In this document: positions 39,091 to 51,120 of the stretch, one piece after another
Layout of the letters: each line of letters opens with the position of its first letter
How positions within the stretch are numbered: the first letter of the stretch is position 1
Assembly (NCBI GenBank): GCA_050084985.1
Contig: JBITNC010000001.1
Coordinates: forward strand, 41,540,001-41,604,000
Length of the DNA stretch: 64,000 bases
DNA from: Nageia nagi
Lineage: Eukaryota > Plantae > Pinophyta
Direction of reading: 5' to 3'
Translations under genes and position numbers: made by a program
Notes under the pieces: generated by a model
The model's database searches: none
What the model was told of the DNA's origin: nothing
What the model saw: only the letters and a program-made list of their open reading frames with translations

Positions 39091-40519
39091 ATGCCACCAA
39101 GGTGAAGTAGTGATGTATCATCAAATTTAGATATTCATATGCCACTACCTCTATGTTAGAGAGTTGTTAGGATTGATGTGTCATCTAATTCATAAGATTT
39201 TCCTACACCAGTTACTAAGAGGTCAAGGAGTGATGTGTCATATGATTCAGAGGAGTTTCCCCCACCAGCTATTAGAAGGTCAAGGAGTGATGTGTCATCT
39301 AATTTAGATGCATTTTTTGCACTAGTTATTAGGAGGCCAAGGAGTGATGTATCATCTAATTTAAAGTTTAAGATATTTCCTATAGGTCCTATGAGGAGGA
39401 GTGATGTTTCATCAGATGAAGATGAGGTAAGTCTAATGTTATTATGTAAGATGTAGATAGAAATGTAAGATAATCTAAGTTCTCACTTTCATGCATGATA
39501 TTATTTGTAATATTTAGCTTTATTTTATTGCTAATGTTGTAGGAACAAAATGTATAAAGTATTAATGATTCATCATCATTAGAAGATGATGATTCCTATG
39601 AGGTAATTAATTAGGATCAATATTTTTTTTTTTTTTTATTCTTATATATTTAATGATATCAAATAAAACTAAATAAAATCAATATGTACATCCAGAAGAT
39701 GAAGCCAAAATAATGTGTAGGTCCATCAGATGAAGTTAGAGAGATGCATACAAGAATAAGATTTCAAAATGGCTTCATTATTAATTAGAACTAGAGGATG
39801 ATGCACATGAGCAACCATTTTATCTACCAAAGGAGAATGTTCATGATTTGAGTTTGATGTGCATGCCATAAAAGCTACAACTTAAATATCAACATACATA
39901 TGATCATGGGGAATACAATGCATGGTCAGTTGAAATGCCTTTTCCAAAGGGTTATGAAATCTTTCCTTATTTTGGTCATTGATACATGATCAAACCATAT
40001 GAAAAGTGCTCTAGATATGGTTTATTTATACATAGTACTATGGTTGTTACTCCAAGTTCTAAGATAGAACCATTGATGCCATTTTATGGGTCAGTTTACA
40101 TAGCAATGGATTGGAGATAATTAGCATGATATATGTATAATATGTCCACATATGGATTATGTACAAATGCTTTTGATATTCCATATCTTTAGTATTCAAA
40201 ATGCATATACATTGATGGTCAACAAAAAATACAAGGAAACATAGTTGGATACATAAATAGTTTTGTAGGTGAAGAATGAGTACCAAATTATGAATTTCAC
40301 CAATGTAATAATGATAAATAAGACTTCATGGGTAGACAAATGAATAATTATATAGTTATTGTTCCTATTAAAACTCTTAATGTTGGTGATGAGCTACTAG
40401 CTCACTAGAGTTATAAGAGACCTACTCCAAGATGTAAGGAATGAATTTTGGAGTTAGAAGATGATCAAAATGTAAAAATTCATCTAGGACCAAAACCTAA
40501 AAATAAAAATAAAAATTAA
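39091..40519 (+). pseudogene. SET-domain (lysine methyltransferase-like) gene carried by the CACTA, three exons, inactivated by nonsense mutations
   Basis: Exon 1 39091-39426 (ATG MPPR..., RSDVSS repeats, donor GAG|GTAAGT). Exon 2 39543-39602 (AG|...|GT). Exon 3 ~39692-40519 (acceptor apparently mutated) stays in one frame: YMIKP..KCSRYGLFI...PLMPFYGSVY...YGL...IYIDGQQKIQGNIVGYINSFVGEE*VPNYEF...YIVIVPIKTLNVGDELLAH*SY. SET motifs appear in canonical order. 12 premature stops and no frameshift in exon 3. Confidence 0.82.
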
Positions 40520-40892
40520 TATATTATTGATGTGTATGAATGGGTGTTTTAATTTGTATATATGGATAATATGTATATTTGGATGTATCAATTTGTTATA
40601 GTTATGGATGTATTAATTTGTTATATGTATGGATGTATCAAATTATATGTATTGATGATTAATTTGTATGGATGTATCAAATTATATTTACAGAACTATC
40701 ATGTGTATCAGTGGATGTATCAAATTAATTTGCACTTGTTACATTTATTTTTTAATTCTAAATTAATGATTTGTAACAACTAATTTTATAGGAAATAAAT
40801 AGTCATTGTGACCACTCAAGAATGATAACTATTACACCAACATTACCTTGAAATAATGTAAGTAGGAGTGATAAAAAGATACTATAAAAAAT

Positions 40893-43800
40893 ATGGAACC
40901 TAAGAAATATGAAAAGTTTATGTCTGAACCAAATCCAACAACTCTTATTCAAAAACCTATGTGGGATTCAAGTACTAATAATGATGAATTAAGAGAGGAT
41001 AATATTGATAATGATGATGATGTTGATAATTATGTTGATGAAGAAAATAGAATTAATGGTTTACTTGAGTCCCTATATGTTCATGTTGATGATGATGAAA
41101 AAGATGATGATTTAGAAGGGATAGCATGTATAGTGCTTCCAGAACTAAATTATATGAACCAACACAACTCTATTATCGATAATCCTACTTCTAATGAACA
41201 TAAAAGCCAAAAATGGATGGTTAGATACAAGTTTCACTTCTCTTTTGAGGTATGAATTCTATTTTTTTATGATATTTTGATTTTTGATATTTTAATTTTA
41301 ATTAAATTAACTACATATAATGTTTTTTAATTAGTATTAGAGGTTACTAAAAGAAAATTTATTTCCAAGTGATAATGTCATCCCAAATTCATGCAAAAAA
41401 GCATGTGACATTATGAAGGATGTAGGGTTCGAGTATAATTCATACCATGCATGTATTAATGCTTGCATATTATATAAAAGAGAATAATATGATACAAAGA
41501 TTGAATGTCCAATGTCTAAAGAATCAAGATACAATGAAACATGAAAAAAACCTCCAAATCAAGTTATTCATGTAATGCCAATCCTTCCTAGGTTGATGCA
41601 AATATTCTAGTGTAAGTCACTTGTAGAGTTAATGGATTAGAATACAAGAAATAGAAGTGAAGAAGGTGTGTTGTGTATACTTGAAGATAGTGAAGTAATG
41701 AAACATATAGAGGAGAAGTGACCTGAAAAAAATTTAAGGATGAACCTAGGAGTGTTAGATTAGGTTTAGCAATGGGTGGTGTTGATCCATTTTTGAACCA
41801 AACATCTATTTATTCATGTTGGCCTATTGTTATAATCAATTATAACATATCTTTGTGGATGTTTATAAGAAAGAGCATTTGATATTGGATATTATATTCC
41901 ATGGATTGAAATAGGTTAAACACATGGATGTCTACCTTAAACCAATAATTGACGAGTTGCAACTCTTGTGGAAAGGAGTTCAAATGTATGATATAAGTAG
42001 ACCTATCAATAAGAGGTCATTTAAATATTATAGCATACTATGTTGGACTATACATGATTATCTAGGGCTTTCTATTTATGCATGTATGCATATATACATG
42101 AGTATATTTAATTTTTTATAATCATATAAATTATATGCATTATCTAAATAAACTTATCACAAGTCTTTGTACGAAAGGTTGTCATGCTTGTCCATGGTGT
42201 GCAAAAAATATTTCATCAAGATTTTCAAGTAAGATGAGTAAGATGGAATATATTGGTCATAGGAAATATTTTCTAATGGATCATACTTTTTTAAAAAAGG
42301 GAGCCTATGTTCTAGTAGATAAAACCCCTATTCCTATTTACGAAGCTCCTATGAGTTGGTTCATAAAGTACCAATAATGTGTGGAACATGTTAGACAAAG
42401 AGCTTGTGATGAAGGTATTGCATTAGGATCAGATGATGAGATTATTGTTGAAAAAAATGATTTACTAGAAGGTGAAATATAATACAGTATAATATATTTG
42501 TAATATGTTTATTATTTTGAAAATATATAATGTTTATTATGAATTGGTTGCATGTTTTTTAGGAATGAACAAATTATCAATATTTTATACACTAGAATAT
42601 TGGAAGGAGTTGTTGGTGACACATTTAATGGATCCTATGCATATTGTAAAGAATGCTGCAACTTCTTTGTATCAATATATTACAAACAAAGAAGTAAATA
42701 CTGATGCCATGAGAAATAACTTAAAATATATTAAGAAAATGAGATCTTTATGGATAACTTACAATCAAGATAGAAAAAAGTACTTATGAAAACATGGATT
42801 ATGAAAAATGATGACATGGAAAAGTTACACAAATGTATTCAAAATATCAAAACACTAACATATTATGGATCATCTCTAAGAAGTGTATTCAATGCTGATG
42901 GTAAAATCACAAGATTCAAGACTCATGATTACCATAACTTCATGAAGGTATTGATATCATATTATATTTTTCACATTTTCCATAAAAATAAAAATATTTT
43001 CCATATTTATGCCCATACTTTTTGTAGCATATTTTTCCAATTGCAATTTGTGGATGTGGGGTCTACTTGTTGATCTCAGACATGCAATCAATCAACTATC
43101 ATTATTTCTAAGGTATGTTATGTTATAGTATGGCTCCATGAAAAATAATATAGCATGCATTTATTCTTATTTTCTAATATTTTATGCATTTTGACATGCA
43201 ATATTTTGACAATATTATATTTTCATGAACAAGTGGCTATATTCAAAGGAGATACATGTGGCTACAATAGATCAATGGCATAGAGAGATTGTTGAAATTA
43301 TCTGCAAATTAGACATAAAAGTGCACCTATTGATCCACCTAGTAGATGATACTGATATTGTAGGTGTTATGAGTATTAAAAATATATTTTTATGGAGAGA
43401 TTTTTAAAAGTGCTAAAGGGATTTGTTAGACAACATTCACGACTAGAAGGATCTATGGGTGAGGAATACATTGTACAGGAATCATTTTTTTATGCAAGTG
43501 AGTATCTATTCCAAATAGATCCTTCTATCCCAAATATGTGGAGTGCAGATAAAGATAATGAGAAATTAGAAGGGAAGGTCTTAGAAACATATAGAACACC
43601 GTATTCTCTTAAAGGTATTAACTATGTTTTAGATATGTACAAGCATTTTGGATATATAAATTTTATAAATGCTTAATTACTAGCTAACAAGTTTGTATTA
43701 TGGTATTATGAATTTATAGATTATGAGCTTCAGGAATCTATAAATCAATTTATAATGATGCATTATGCATGTTGCAAAAAGTAGATCGAATTGTACAAAA

Positions 43801-44566
43801 CTAAAAGAAAGGAAATTGAACAAGATGTGCCTTATTTCATAGACAGAATCAAAGGGTTACATCTAGTCTACTTGAAAATCTAAGAGAGGAAAATTGGTCA
43901 CAAGAATGTCCAAGGTCATGGATGAAGAATGAAATTGAAATGAAACAACAAGCTACATGAGGAAAAATAGATGAAGATGATGAAAATGCATTAAATATCA
44001 CTATAAGATGTAAGTTTAAGGTAATTATTTTTATTAATATTTTTTATAAAACTTCAATTTTCATGTAAATATGTGTAAGCACTTATAACATTTTTCATGT
44101 AAATATGTGCAGGCACTATCTTTCCTTGCAATGTGGGCATATGGTCAACACTTCAGAAAAGAAAAGAACGACGAGAGAAGAATGACATTTGATTGTGGAG
44201 TGATGGCTGATTTTGATCAAGAAATTCATGCAAGTTCAAGAGATAGGAAAATTAAAATATGTTGAAAAAATTCAAGAAATTATACAATTAGATTATAGGT
44301 CATTTCAATATGTGATATTTAAATGTAAGTGGTTTCACACACTCGATAGAAGAATAGTCTTGCATGATAAACCTAGTGATTACTTTACAATCGACTCCAC
44401 ATGCATTTTACGTGACAACAAAGAGCTTTATATTTTACTACAACATTGCAATCAAATATATTTCATCCCTGATGTTGATGATGATAAAAAGTCATTTGTA
44501 ATTGAATGTAATCCTAGAGGAAAACATACTATACATCTTGATGATGAAGAAGATAATTCGCAATGA
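40893..44566 (+). pseudogene. CACTA transposase (TnpD-like: Transposase_21 + DUF4218 + DUF4216), intron-containing
   Basis: YHACINACILY...ECP (~41440-41510). RLGLAMGGVDPF...YSCWPIVIINYN (~41757-41848). MDVYLKPIIDELQLLWKGV (41924). KGCHACPWC. HLMDPMHIVKN. KTHDYHNFM. KVHLLIHL. MERFLKVLKGFVRQ..R.EGSM.E.Y (43392). IQEIIQLDY...FKCKWF (44213). Confidence 0.95.
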
Positions 44567-45480
44567 TAATGTTGTAATTGATATGCTTTTCACTAGTATC
44601 TTGAACTTTTCATGTGTATATCTTTCTCATTGCTTATGGTATTGACAATATTATTTATTTTTAACTCCATACTTACAATTGCAAATGGTATATTTACAAA
44701 AAGAGCACAATGGAATAATGTAGATGGGCTGGAACTGAATTATTTGCTTATAAAATGATAAGGCAACTATGAACTCATGATATAGTGATAAATTAAGAAA
44801 ATTATATTAACTTATATAATTATTTAATATGGAAATGAAAAGGTTCGTTACAAGTCGATGGTATCTTACAACACCAATTCACTCCATCTTCAAAGGAAAA
44901 ACATGAGCAATTATTTTTCATCATTTGAATATATAGATCATGCAACATCAAATTATGTAAAAATTTAAGAGAATCATTCAAGTACAATTAATCATTACAA
45001 GCTGTGTGTAGGAAACATTAACGACCATATTTGCATCATGTATCTTGTAAAATAATTCTCCTACTTTTATAATGTGTATTTTCTTATATTTTGCATTATT
45101 TTCCACCAAATTTCGAAAAGTTTAATGTGACATACATCCATGGTAGTCGAATTTCATAATAAAAATGATTGCAAATTTTTTTTCCTTGTTTAAGTTTTTT
45201 CGATTCAAATTGGTGTTTGAATTTGCATCTTAATACCTTGGGCATTCTTGAAAAAACTTTTTTTTTCCACGCAATGCTAAATTTTGATGCAAATTTTATG
45301 TCCAAATTTGCATCCTTTTTTGTATCTAAATTTATGTCCTTTTTTGCATCGAAAAAATTTTAAATTTTGAAAAAACAATTTGACACATGCTGATGTAGGA
45401 GGATGCAAATTTACATCCTTTTTCTTTTTTCATGATTGAAGATGTAAAAAAGGATGCAAATTGGGCTTTTGGTAGTAGTG

Positions 45481-45750
45481 TTGGGTTGATTTGACATTTG
45501 CAATATTTGAAAATAAGCTCTTGTCTAGGGTTGTCTGAATGGGGCAAAGAGTTCTTCTTCTTTACCTCATTTATTTGCTTATCATTTTGAGGAATAATTT
45601 TCCTATTAGCTAGTTCAACATAATCAACTACTATAATTATATCCTCAATATTTTTTTTTGTAAACAACATCCTCATCTTGATGCTTTAGTAGTTATAATC
45701 TTAAGCATTAAACTTTGGAATGGGAATGAATTTATTGTTGTTAACCATAA
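45481..45750 (-). pseudogene. N-terminal gag remnant of the copia interrupted by the CACTA
   Basis: DYNY*SIKMRMLFTKKNIEDIII..DYVE...KKKNSL is the copia gag N-terminus (NY..W.IKM..L). It continues into the WNAL segment left of 33477. Confidence 0.75.
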
Positions 45751-46329
45751 TGCTTAATCAATAATAAATGAAGTTCACATGTATTAAAATTGGAAAAGAA
45801 TTTGATAATAATTACGATGACAAGAATACAAACTCAATCCAACCCTAAAATTAGTTATAACAATATATTAAATATGAAAAACTAGAATTCAATCCTAAAC
45901 AAAAGCAATATAAAATCTAAAGACTTAACATTATCTAAAAATAAATTGTAGATGATTTGAAAGTACAACAGACATAAGATGAAAGTTATACAAGCATAAT
46001 AAGTAAAATCCAAACATTCTGCAAAAGTATTACAAACACTTAAAATTTATTGGAACACATTTTTTATAGTTAAACATAGACAAGCATAGAAACTTCATGA
46101 TATTTACACAAGGAGGAAAAACTAATTGTATGCTGTTGGTTACTTCTATCAGCAAAATAAAATAATCAAATCACTTCAATAACACATTCAACTTGTTACT
46201 CCCTCTTGCAAACTGTTTTATCCTTTCGAATCTACTACTGTTACATGCTAGCAAATATTGGCTAGGAATGATGTTTCTGTCTCTCATTCAATTCTTATGA
46301 TTGAAACATTTCTTACTTAACCAATCTCC

Positions 46330-46770
46330 AGTCGTAAAATCCATCAAGAAGATTTGCAAAATAGTGGTATTGGAATTCTGCATATAATATAATAGCTGTA
46401 CATGTTTAAAAATAATTTACATCCAACACATAATCGGATTGCATGAAGAAGCTACGGCTGCAAGTCTACATCCTCGAAGAAATTGATGTGCAATTTTGAG
46501 GTACAATTGATTTTTACATCCTTTACCACAAATTTAATAAACAGAAAGGCCGGCATAGTTGAAAATTCGCGTTAAACAACCTTACAATTATCAAATGTTT
46601 AATTGGCTTCTTATTCTTAGCATTGGCCATATACATGCATCAGGGATAAGCTACTTTGACGTCGTATAATATAGAATGAAGCAGGCGAAAAATGCTTTGA
46701 ACATTCAGGATATTATATTCAAAACAGAGGCCCTATTTGGTAGTATAATATCAATTGAAGTTGGCGGAAT
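46330..46770. promoter_or_regulatory. CpG-retaining patch, candidate unmethylated cis-regulatory region
   Basis: About 11 CpG in ~450 bp against near-absence in the surrounding TEs. Contains TTGACGTCG (~46656-46664), GGCCGGC and TCGCGT. Confidence 0.4.
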
Positions 46771-49700
46771 ATGCATTGAATATTCAGGATATTCAAGACA
46801 GAGGCCCCCTGTAAGATTTGGTTTTGATTTTTTTTTTAAATTAACAATTATATCAAAAAGAAAGTTCATTGTTGTAGATATTTAAATAATGGACTGCATT
46901 TTTACTTTACTTATAATAAACCATATTCATATTTTTCTAAATATATGTAAGCTTCATATCCATTTAATATTCAATAAATAAGGTTAATCATTTAAACAGT
47001 GATATTAGAAAAGTAATAATTTATTTAAAAATTTAATATATATTTTTTCTCCTGAAAAATGTTGACTGTGAGGTTGATTTATGAGTTTAAATAATTTATT
47101 TTATTTTTAAAATGTATAAAAAGATTCTGAAATTATTCTATCATTATACTTGTTGAGCATTTTTGACTTTTAAATTAGTAAAAGTATGTTGCCTTATTTC
47201 TATTTCAAAGGTAGGATCAAGAATAACACTCTAATACTATAATATAAAGTTTTAATATTATTATCTTACATATACATTTAAAATTATTAATTCATTTATT
47301 TAGTATTTTTTTGTTGATAGTTCATCTTTGTGGATTTATATTTTGGAATTATATTGGGTGTCTCTTTTAATACTTGAGAGTTTTCATATCTACTTTCTCT
47401 CCAAGTCAAATTTTTTTATAATAATTAATTAATTTACATTTATTTACTTTTAAAAAGTATTCAATTTTGATTTTAGTTTTCAAGTTTACATAAATGATAT
47501 ATAATAACTAAATAAAGGAAATGATGTTGGTTTAAATTCAAACATTCACCATGAAAACTATTTATTTTATCAATTTTTCCTTCTATGTGTAAGGTATAAT
47601 TATTCATTTAATATAAAAATGCTTTAATTTATAATAATTACTTTTATTATTTTAAAAATTAATATTGATGTTCTACAATATTTTTGACCAAAAGTTTTAT
47701 ATTTTGATATAAATAAAAATATATTACTTCATTTAAAAAATATTGAATTATAAAATTTAATAAATGGTCAACACATCATTTATATGGTCATTTTCTTTAT
47801 GTTTAATTATATTATTCAAGAATAAATATATGATTTTGTACATCTAACCTTTTTTGTGAATAAGTTTACCCTTTGAAGAAAATCACCTAGGTTCATGTTA
47901 CGACACAATTTGATCCCTCTTGTATAATTTAGATCTTGTATCAGGCACCAAAGAGAAATACTAAAAATATTTTTAAGTGGATTTATGATGCTCATTAGTT
48001 TATAACATGAGTTTGATTCATGCCTTTGGTTAAGGACATCCCCTTGAAATTTCGCTAAATTTTTACGTACATCTAATATACTAGATATAAGATTAAATAA
48101 TAAATCTCACAATATTCTACATCTATATTAAAAAAGTTATGGACTTAAGTTTTCAAAGATAGTACTTGATTTCTCTTAATTTGGTTCATTGATATCTTGA
48201 TTCCTTAGTCTAGATCCAAAACTAAATGGTTGCACCTACACAATACCAAATAAACTTTTAAATGTGTATACATAGAGGCTTCTCTTGACATTCATTGAGT
48301 TTTGATACTACATCAAAAGGATGATCAAACCTCTAAACACAATTCAAGGTTTGGATAAAATAAAATGACACGAAATTATGAATATGACGTACCTTGATCT
48401 TATCTATGCAAATGACTTAAAGTATTCTACATCTAAAATAATTTTGATACAAATGAAAAAATGTAAATTGTAGATATGAAGATACAAACACATTTTACTA
48501 GACATAAAGGATATTGATATGGTGATGAGGTAGAAGATGCAACTTTGAAGATGTATAATCAATTTTTGTAATGATAGTTATTTTAGAACTAAGAGACATT
48601 ATCATTGTAATGATGAAATTCATAATAGAATAAGCCACAATAGAACTTGAACTCTAAAGGTTATAATATATACAATTTTGATCATAGTTTGAAGTTCTCA
48701 TCATTAAAATTTATGAAATTTTCATAGGTGTATTTATAGAATAAATTTATGATTACCATTCAAAAATCAATGTAATTGACTATTAAATAGCATGTAATTA
48801 TAGTGGATTGCAAATAAATTCAATTTTCTTAATTTTGATGTCATCCCCACTAAATTTAGAATTTTCCATAATTTTAAGGACATCTAAGTGTTTGTATACA
48901 TTGAATGTATATAGGTTTGATTTTTTGGTATATGCATTTTCTCCTTTTTATACTACATTATGAGTGAGAAAGAAGACTTTAGATTAATAGTATTTCCTTA
49001 AAAAGAGTAAAAGAACATTTAACTGATGACAATTATGTGTGAGCTTAAGTTACCAAAAAAATAAGAATGATGTATAGGCCCTTAAATTTCTATAATGATT
49101 ATAAGCCTTCCCATTCAAGTTAGGAGTTTTTGAGGAAGGATAAATGATTAAGATGATAAGTTTCTTGAGCTAATTAATTTTTGAAAAAAATCTCAAGTTA
49201 AGAAGACATAACTCATTTTTGAAGTGTGCTTATAATTTTTTTGTACAGAAAAGTTCAAGGTCTTCTTTTTATATGATAAGGTTTTAAAAAAGAAAATTTA
49301 AATTTTATTTATCATTTTCCACTTTGAATTCTATAAGTGAAAACAAACCTATTTCATGGGATATTAACAATTTTGACTGCTAATATAGCTACTAGAAATC
49401 ATGAAGACCATGTATGACTCATGCCCCATAAAAGACAAAAAGGTAATAATAGTCTCATCTTATTTTTCTTCCATTTTTGCAAAAGTATAAATAATAAAAA
49501 TAATTTATTTATTTATGCAATTTGTAAAAGTATAAATAACAATAATAATTTATTTACATTTGTAATTTAAAAACAAAAAAACAAATTACAATTTTAATGC
49601 GATCAAGGTGCAACTTTGTCAAAATTGGATATGATTTTGTTTAGAATAAGGAAAAATTATAGAAATCAATAGTAGTTTAGACATTTGAGCATAATTTTGA

Positions 49701-50179
49701 ACAATAAAATAATTTTCAAAATTGTAGTAAAATGAGAACTTAAATTTTATTTCATTTTTTCTATTGTTCAAAAAATATTTTCCAATGATTTTTTATTTTT
49801 ACTTATTTTTAGACATAGTTATTTACAAGATAATTATGTTTATATATATTTTAACTCCATTAATTGCTTTATCATTATTCAAATATATTTTTCTAAATGA
49901 TCTTCGAGGTATTTTAATGAGATTAAGAAATGATCATCTTTGAGTTGGTGGATTTTCTTATCTATGGATGATAAGTAGATGATATGACATCAGTTTTACA
50001 TTCCATTCTTCAATTGTGAAAGATGAAAATGACTATGTAGCATCTATATAAGATTATTACTATTCCCATAGAGGGTGCTTCAATTTAGATTCTTTCATAT
50101 ACATCCATACATATACATCTATTGTGGAAATAACATATATTATATTTCATCGTTATTCATCTCTAATTCCTACCCAGAT

Positions 50180-50752
50180 TTATCTGTGATTAGATAGCCA
50201 TGACGCAGTTAGTATTTCACTAGAGATCAGAAACTCTTCCAAAAAATCCTCACCCAGATCCTCCACTTCTATCACAAACCCACTATTCCTAGCTCCATTC
50301 GACTCTTCCTCTTCTCCAATGCCAGTGATATCCTCGTAATCAGTGGAGACATTGTAGCTGCATATGGGGAAGTTTAGAATAGCACGAGGCCCTCTAATTT
50401 TAAGAGCAGCTTTGTCATAAGCCATGGCTGCCTCTAATTCGGTGTTAAATGTTCCAAGCCACACACGTCTACTATTCCTACGTGAATCCCTGATCTCCGC
50501 TGCATACTTTCCAGATGGACGCCTTCTCACTCCTCTGAAATGCTTCCGTCCTCCTTGTTTATGTAACTTCTGCTCCCTATGATCTTTAATGGCACGATCT
50601 CCTTGGAAATCAACTATATGACGGCATGCAGTGGGCAAATATTCATGATGCCTTGCATCTCCATAAGAGGTAGAAGATGGCAGATTGATTGCATGATCTT
50701 CTGAAGCTTTTTTTATATGATAGAGTGGGGCATTTCTTTTATGTGAATCCAT
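50180..50752 (-). CDS. AP2/ERF transcription factor, ERF subfamily group IX-like with C-terminal EDLL activation motif (190 aa, intronless)
   Basis: [59 protein letters not shown] with ERF-type A14/D19, and [16 protein letters not shown] (EDLL-like). The ORF is intact and retains CpGs. First in-frame ATG is at 50752 (the track starts at a TTG at 50776), with an in-frame stop upstream. Confidence 0.95.
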   Translation of the reverse strand: MDSHKRNAPLYHIKKASEDHAINLPSSTSYGDARHHEYLPTACRHIVDFQGDRAIKDHREQKLHKQGGRKHFRGVRRRPSGKYAAEIRDSRRNSRRVWLGTFNTELEAAMAYDKAALKIRGPRAILNFPICSYNVSTDYEDITGIGEEEESNGARNSGFVIEVEDLGEDFLEEFLISSEILTASWLSNHR

Positions 50753-50819
50753 TGTAGATTCGTTTGTTCTAGACAAAACAATGAGGGGATCTTCAGGGTG
50801 TTTCTGTGGATAGACTCCT

Positions 50820-51120
50820 GCTGTTATTTATTTATCTCCAAGGCCGGTGAATGTGATTTCGGTTTTGACCATGTTTGTCATTCCAATGGGCCTTTGTTTT
50901 CTAAGCACATGGGGAGCTGCTGGTCATCGAAGAAGCTTCTAACTTCAGTGTGATTTACCGTACGTAAATCTGAGTGCCGTGAGATGGTGCATCTCTAATC
51001 CACCTAACACATAGCGTCTTCAACCCTGTTAAACAACTGGTGACAATGTTTTGAAGGTTGAATGTATCAATTTTTCTTTTTTTCTTTTTTTTTAAAAGGA
51101 CAACATGATGGTCAAATGTT
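50820..51120 (-). promoter_or_regulatory. Proximal promoter of the ERF gene
   Basis: TATA-like ATAAATAAATAA (50824-50835, minus). W-boxes TTGACC (50865-50870) and GGTCAA (51110-51115). TACGTA at ~50961. CpGs retained. Confidence 0.55.

Larger units (their letters stand above)
33478..45480 (+). mobile_element. CACTA (En/Spm) DNA transposon, complete, 12,003 bp
   Basis: Left end CACTACTATATTAAACCCAATTTGTGTCCTTTTT. Right end (reverse complement) CACTACTACCAAAAGCCCAATTTGCATCCTTTTT. 3-bp TSD TTG at 33475-33477 and 45481-45483. Subterminal AATTTGCATC repeats at both ends. Internal TnpD-type transposase. Confidence 0.96.

Noticed and set aside
44680-45060. Possible extra small ORF or exon after the CACTA transposase
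   Set aside because: A frame with few stops exists, but it has no recognisable motif or clear start and splice signals.
46676-46885. 69-aa ORF in the CpG-retaining patch
   Set aside because: No recognisable domain, and it spans a local duplication. Treated as non-coding.
47880-49450. Possible additional degraded retroelement fragment
   Set aside because: No termini, TSD or convincing protein motif could be identified.
50753-50776. N-terminal extension MSRTNEST of the ERF in the ORF track
   Set aside because: It begins at TTG. The first ATG at 50752 is the plausible eukaryotic start.
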